This document shows positions 21,331 to 25,369 of a stretch of DNA of 25,369 nt, one piece after another. The translations under genes were made by a program, and so were the position numbers. How positions within the stretch are numbered: position 1 is the first letter of the stretch; each line of letters begins with the position of its first letter. Origin of the DNA: Vicugna vicugna (Eukaryota); the NCBI GenBank assembly GCA_013265495.1, contig MU058824.1:1116001-1141369 (forward strand). The letters run 5' to 3'. The notes under the pieces were generated by a model. That model ran no database searches and had not been told where the DNA came from. It saw nothing but the letters and a program-made list of their open reading frames with translations.

Positions 21331-21746
21331 TTTTTTCAAACAGATTTATTGAGATATAATTTATACACTCTATAAATCACCCATTATGTGTGTATAATTA
21401 ATTATTTTTTATTGAATTTATAGATTAGTGTATTCATCACCAAAGTTCAGCTTTAAAACATCTCCATCATTACAAAAAGTTCCCTGGTGGTGTCTGCAGT
21501 CTTTTGGTGTGCTTACTTCACTTAGCACGATGGGTTTGAGGTCCATCCATGTTGGCATCATGTACCAGTGGCCTATCCCCTTTGATTGCTGAATAGTAAG
21601 CCACTGAATAAATACAACATTTTTTTAAAAACTCAGTTACCAGCTCGTGGATATTTTGATTTCTTCCATTTTTGGCTGTGATGAACAATGCTGCTATGAG
21701 CACTCGCCTACTGTTCTTTGTGTGGATGTTTTCATTTTACTTAAAT
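21331..21746 (-). mobile_element. L1 3' end (L1MB-like)
   Basis: TTTTTTCAAACAGATTTATTGAGATATAATTTATAC...CTTACTTCACTTAGCACGATG...TTTTTGGCTGTGATGAACAATGCTGCTATGAGCA. Minus ORF 21518..21703 reads MLIAALFITAKN...YYSAIK, the L1 ORF2 C-terminus. Confidence 0.85.
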
Positions 21747-21782
21747 CAGGGTTGCCAGATTCAGTGAGTAAATGCAGATGCC
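21747..21782 (+). mobile_element. MER53-like hAT MITE left end, interrupted by the ERV
   Basis: CAGGGTTGCCAGATTCAGTGAGTAAATGCAGATGCC resembles the MER53 terminus CAGGGTTGCCAGATTTAGCAAATAAAAATACAGGATGCC. Confidence 0.6.
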
Positions 21783-22233
21783 TGAAACCGTTTAAGTTCA
21801 ATCCATTTCACCTGCCTTCACTAATCAAGGTCGTTTTAAGACTTGCATGTTCTCCAAGCGGCCTGTAACCCAAACAATAAGATATTTGCCTGAGTTGTTT
21901 TCTAGAAACTTGGAGTCAGCTGCATCTAATTAAAGCTAAGCCAGTTAAGATTGAACTACCGCCCCTTCAACGGGGCATGCGCAAGTGTGACGTGTTCAAA
22001 CGTGCGGGGGCCTGTAGCCTTGTTACGCCTGCGCAGAAAGGCATTCCTGCTCTCACACCTCAGACCGCCCTGCTGCTGTCTTGGTTATCCCACAAGTACT
22101 CCAGCCCCTTGCCTTGGGGGAGGCAGATTTGAGTTTTGTCCTACCATCTCCTCGCTTGGCTGCCTTGCGAATAAACCCTTTCTTCGCTGCAAGCCTCGGC
22201 GTCTCCGCGGTTTGAGTGGGTGTGCGTCCAGCA
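21783..22233 (+). mobile_element. ERV1-class 5' LTR
   Basis: Begins TGAAACCG, has AATAAA at 22170-22175 and CA at 22232-22233, immediately followed by a PBS-like sequence, leader and gag. Confidence 0.85.
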
Positions 22234-22251
22234 AGACGGGCCAGCCAGGAG
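22234..22251 (+). promoter_or_regulatory. Degenerate primer-binding site, tRNA-Arg(ACG) type
   Basis: AGACGGGCCAGCCAGGAG matches 15/18 to TGGCGAGCCAGCCAGGAG, the complement of the tRNA-Arg(ACG) 3' end. The last 12 nt are perfect. Confidence 0.75.
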
Positions 22252-22257
22252 GTAAGT
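22249..22257 (+). promoter_or_regulatory. Retroviral major splice donor (consensus)
   Basis: GAG|GTAAGT directly after the PBS, with GT at 22252-22253. Confidence 0.65.
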
Positions 22258-22780
22258 CCAGGGCGGCTTGTGCCCGTGGTTCGTGGGCCCCTTGCCGGTC
22301 CTGAGAGCTTGGGCACGAGTCCAAGCAGCTGCTTGGTCTGTTTGCTCCGGGGACCGTCCCCTGAATTTCCCCAGCGAGGTGTCACCATACTTTGACACGT
22401 AGTGTCATTTTGCAGCACCCTCCCCCCCAAAAAAAACTGTTTAGGGGATTGGGTTTGGAAGATGACTTTTGGGTGATTAACCTCGTTAAAGAAACGCAGT
22501 CCTGACTGGGTCGTGGGTTGGAGGTCCACCTGGCGGAACTTGGGCAGGCAATATAAAAGGTCACAACCGTGGAGGTGCATGGTACCCGGGTTAGAGGCCC
22601 GGGACTTTGTTTTGGGGCCTTGTTTGTTCTGGTCTTGTTTGCCATGTCTGTCTACATCTGGTTGTCTAAATTGTTAAGAATTGGTTACCTGGGGATTGAG
22701 TTTCTTGGGGCCCAAGGAGCACCAGGTAGAGAGGACCTGTAGGGAGATTTTGTTGCCACAACCACCTGGAAGCAAACCAA

Positions 22781-23958
22781 ATGGGAAATGTTCCTCTTTG
22801 CAGCCCTCTAGGCTACATTCTCTGAAACTGGGTAACTTTCAGTTATGAATCCATGGAAAAACAAGAAAAAGATGGTATTTTTGGTAACAGTGCATGGCCT
22901 TTAGACTCAGGAGCAAAATGGCCTGAAAATGGATCCTTTATTACAATACAATTTTGCAACTAGATTTATTTTGTAAATGGGAAGGAAAATGGGATGAAAT
23001 ACTTTTGTACAGTCTTCTATTGTGTCAGAATACACCTATGCAAATAAGATGTAAGATTATGACCCAACAGGAAGGGACAGCAAAGAAACTTCACTTGGAA
23101 TGAAGGAGGCCTTGCTGTTAATTCAAACGCTGACTGCTCCTCCCCCACCCCCACAGCCAACACCTGAGCCACAGCCTCAGGCTCATCGCCAAACCCTTCC
23201 CCCAACCCCACCCGCCGCCAGTCTCTGAGGGTCGAGAAATAGGAGACAGAGGTGGTCTCCCCCTCTCATACTAGCCGGGGAGCTACCCAAACTCAGGTGG
23301 AACAGTATTACTTAAGGCAAGTGCCCAGGTGGGTGGTGTGACTGCTGAAACTGAGCAGCTGATGATCTGGGCCCACTCCCCTTTTCAACTTCGGATTTAC
23401 TTAATTGGAAGAACAATATGCCAACTTACAGAGATGACCCAAAGAGAATGGAAAATCTTTTTTCATCTAATTTTTTGTGACCCATATAAACTGACCTGGG
23501 CAGATGTTCAAAATTTACTAAATACCCTCCCTTCCTCACTTCACAAGACTGTCGAATGGTGCTGGATAAAGCCAGGGAGGAAGCAGATGGGCTTCATGCA
23601 GAAACTCTGGCAGCCCGGTACAGGATGCCAAAAGTGTAGCTGGACTAACAGTGGGTCCTAATTGGGATGTAATGGTGGGAGAGGCCAAACCTTGAACACT
23701 ATCCAGGTCTCATTCTAGCAGGATTGTGAAGAAGGGTGCCAGCACAAAGAAGCCTTAGTAAAGAACAGGAGGTAAAAGAAACCAAATGAAAATCCTTCAG
23801 AATTTCTAGAAAGGGTCTTTAGAGCATATAGGCATATGCAGTTGCACATGACTTTACAGCACCCCTGATACACAGAGGAAAGTGCCAAAGGTGGAAGGGG
23901 AATGTGGATGTCTCAACTTGTCGAAATTGCCTTCAGAATTTTTAATGGCAGGGACCGA
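22781..23958 (+). pseudogene. gag: Decayed gamma-like (class I) ERV gag: MA, Pro-rich region, CA with major homology region
   Basis: ATG at 22781 gives MGNVPLCSPLGYIL*NW, then WPENGS, YNTILQLDLFCKWEGKWDEI, Pro-rich APPPPPQPTPEPQP, capsid FSTSDLLNWKNNMPTYRDDPKRMENLF, TWADVQNLLNTL, MHR PNENPSEFLERVFRAYR (about 23782-23832) and [14 protein letters not shown]. Multiple stops and frameshifts. Confidence 0.92.
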
Positions 23959-23959
23959 A

Positions 23960-24657
23960 TTCTCTCCTACATAGCCTCTCCAACATTTATTTGTAGACTT
24001 TTTGGTGATGGCCATTCTGACAAGTGTGAGGTGATACCTTATTCTGGTTTTGATTTGCATTTCTCGAATTAGTAATGTTGAGCATCTTTTCATGTGCCTG
24101 TTAGCCATCTATATGTCTTTGGGAAAATGGCTACAAATCTTCACCCGTTTCTTGATTGGATTGGTTTTATTTATTTATTTTGATACTGAGTTGTACGAAC
24201 TGTTTGTATATTTTGGATATTAACCCTTGTCAGCTGCATCATTTGCAAATATTTTCTCCTGTTCTGTAGGTTGTCTTTTTATTTTATTGATAGTTTCCTT
24301 TGCTGTGCAGAAAGCGTTGTTGATCAGGTCCCATTTGTTTGGTTTTGCTTTTCTTTCTTTTGCCTTAGACTGATCCAAGAAAGTATCGCTACAATTTATG
24401 TTAGAATGTCCTGCTGATATTCTCTTCTAGACCATTTTGCGTTTCTTTTCCTATGTGGTGTAAAAGAATGTTCTAATTTCATTGTTTTGCATGTGGCTGT
24501 GCAGTTTTCCCAGCCTGACTGGTTGAAGAGATTGTCTTTTGTCCATTTTGTATTCTTGCCTCCTTTGTCTTTGATTGACTGTAGATGTGTGAGTTTATTA
24601 TTTATGGTCTCTCTATTCTGTTTCATTTGTCTTTGTTTTTGTGTCAGTACCATGCTA
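23960..24657 (-). mobile_element. L1 ORF2 C-terminal fragment inserted in gag, lacking 3' UTR/poly(A) at the junction
   Basis: Minus ORFs [45 protein letters not shown] and ...NLFNQSGWENCTATCKTMKLEHSFTP are L1 ORF2 motifs. Frameshifted. Confidence 0.92.
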
Positions 24658-25369
24658 TTTTTAACATTTTTTATTGATTTATAATCATCTTACAATGTTG
24701 TGTCAAATTCCAGTGTAGAGCACAATTTTTCAGTTATACATGAACATACATATATATTCGTTGTCACTTTTTTTCTCTGTGAGCTACCATAAGATCTTGT
24801 ATATATTTCCCTGTGCTATACAGTATAATCTTGTTTATCTATTCTACAATTTTGAAATCTCAGTCTGTCCCTTCCCACCCCTTCCCCCCTTGACAATCAC
24901 AAGTTTGTATTCTATGTCTGTGAGTCTATTTCTGTTTTGTATTTATGCTTTGTTTTTGTTTTTGTTTTTTTTTTAAGATTCCACATATGAGCGGTTTCAT
25001 ATGGTATTTTTCTTTCACTTTCTGGCTTACTTCACTTAGAATGACATTCTCCAGGAGCATCCATGTTGCCACAAATGGCGTTATGTTGACGGTTTTTATG
25101 GCTGAATAGTATTCTACTGTATAAATATACTACCTCTTTATCCAGTCATCTGTTGATAGACATTTAGGCTTTTTCCATGTCTTGGCTATTGTAAATAGTG
25201 CTGCTATGAACATTGGGGTGCAGGTGTCTTTTTGAAGTAGGGTTCCTTCTGGATATATGCCCAGGAGTGGGATTCCTGGGTCATATGGTAAGTCTATTCC
25301 TAGTCTTTTGAGGAATCTCCATACTGTTTTCCACAGTGGCTGCACCAAACTGCATTCCCACCAGCAGTG
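24658..25369 (-). mobile_element. Younger L1 3' end nested in the previous L1, running off the window
   Basis: T-rich tail TTTTTAACATTTTTTATTGA, 3' UTR, then well-preserved ORF2 C-terminus [62 protein letters not shown] (25130..25348). Confidence 0.95.

Noticed and set aside
22053..22645. 175-aa and other antisense ORFs across the LTR/leader
   Set aside because: Expected in GC-rich, stop-poor sequence. No homology recognised, so no support for an antisense viral protein.
23329..23661. 110-aa ORF as a domesticated capsid gene
   Set aside because: Only a short part (TWADVQNLLNTL) is in the gag frame. The rest is out of frame because of frameshifts.
1..25369. CRISPR arrays, tRNA/rRNA genes or prokaryotic defence systems
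   Set aside because: No regularly spaced repeat-spacer array, no cloverleaf or rRNA similarity, and no operon-like ORF density. The sequence is mammalian.

Overview
Mammalian, repeat-dense non-coding DNA (intergenic or deep intronic). The L1 3' ends are artiodactyl-type and I see no Alu, Bov-tA, PRE1 or CHR SINEs, so a camelid origin is my inference. No intact protein-coding gene, RNA gene, CRISPR array or other prokaryotic system is supported. Most ORFs in the track are spurious or repeat-derived. The window holds ancient repeats (MIR, L2, CR1/L3, HAL1, MER5A, MER20, MER53, LTR33-like, old L1M) and several younger L1 3' ends. At the right end is a nested stack: a class I (gamma-like) ERV 5' half with LTR, degenerate tRNA-Arg PBS, splice donor and decayed gag, interrupted by an L1 that is itself interrupted by a younger L1. 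The best leads are a CpG-preserved LTR/leader beside a CpG-depleted dead gag (possible exapted promoter), an L1 with a TSD-bounded 23-bp 3' transduction, an indel-free CR1 RT fossil, motif-dense enhancer and CTCF candidates, and weak splice-bounded pseudo-exon candidates. Repeat family names come from recalled consensus similarity by eye, not a database search, and boundaries of old repeats are approximate. I did not find a demonstrably new biological system.
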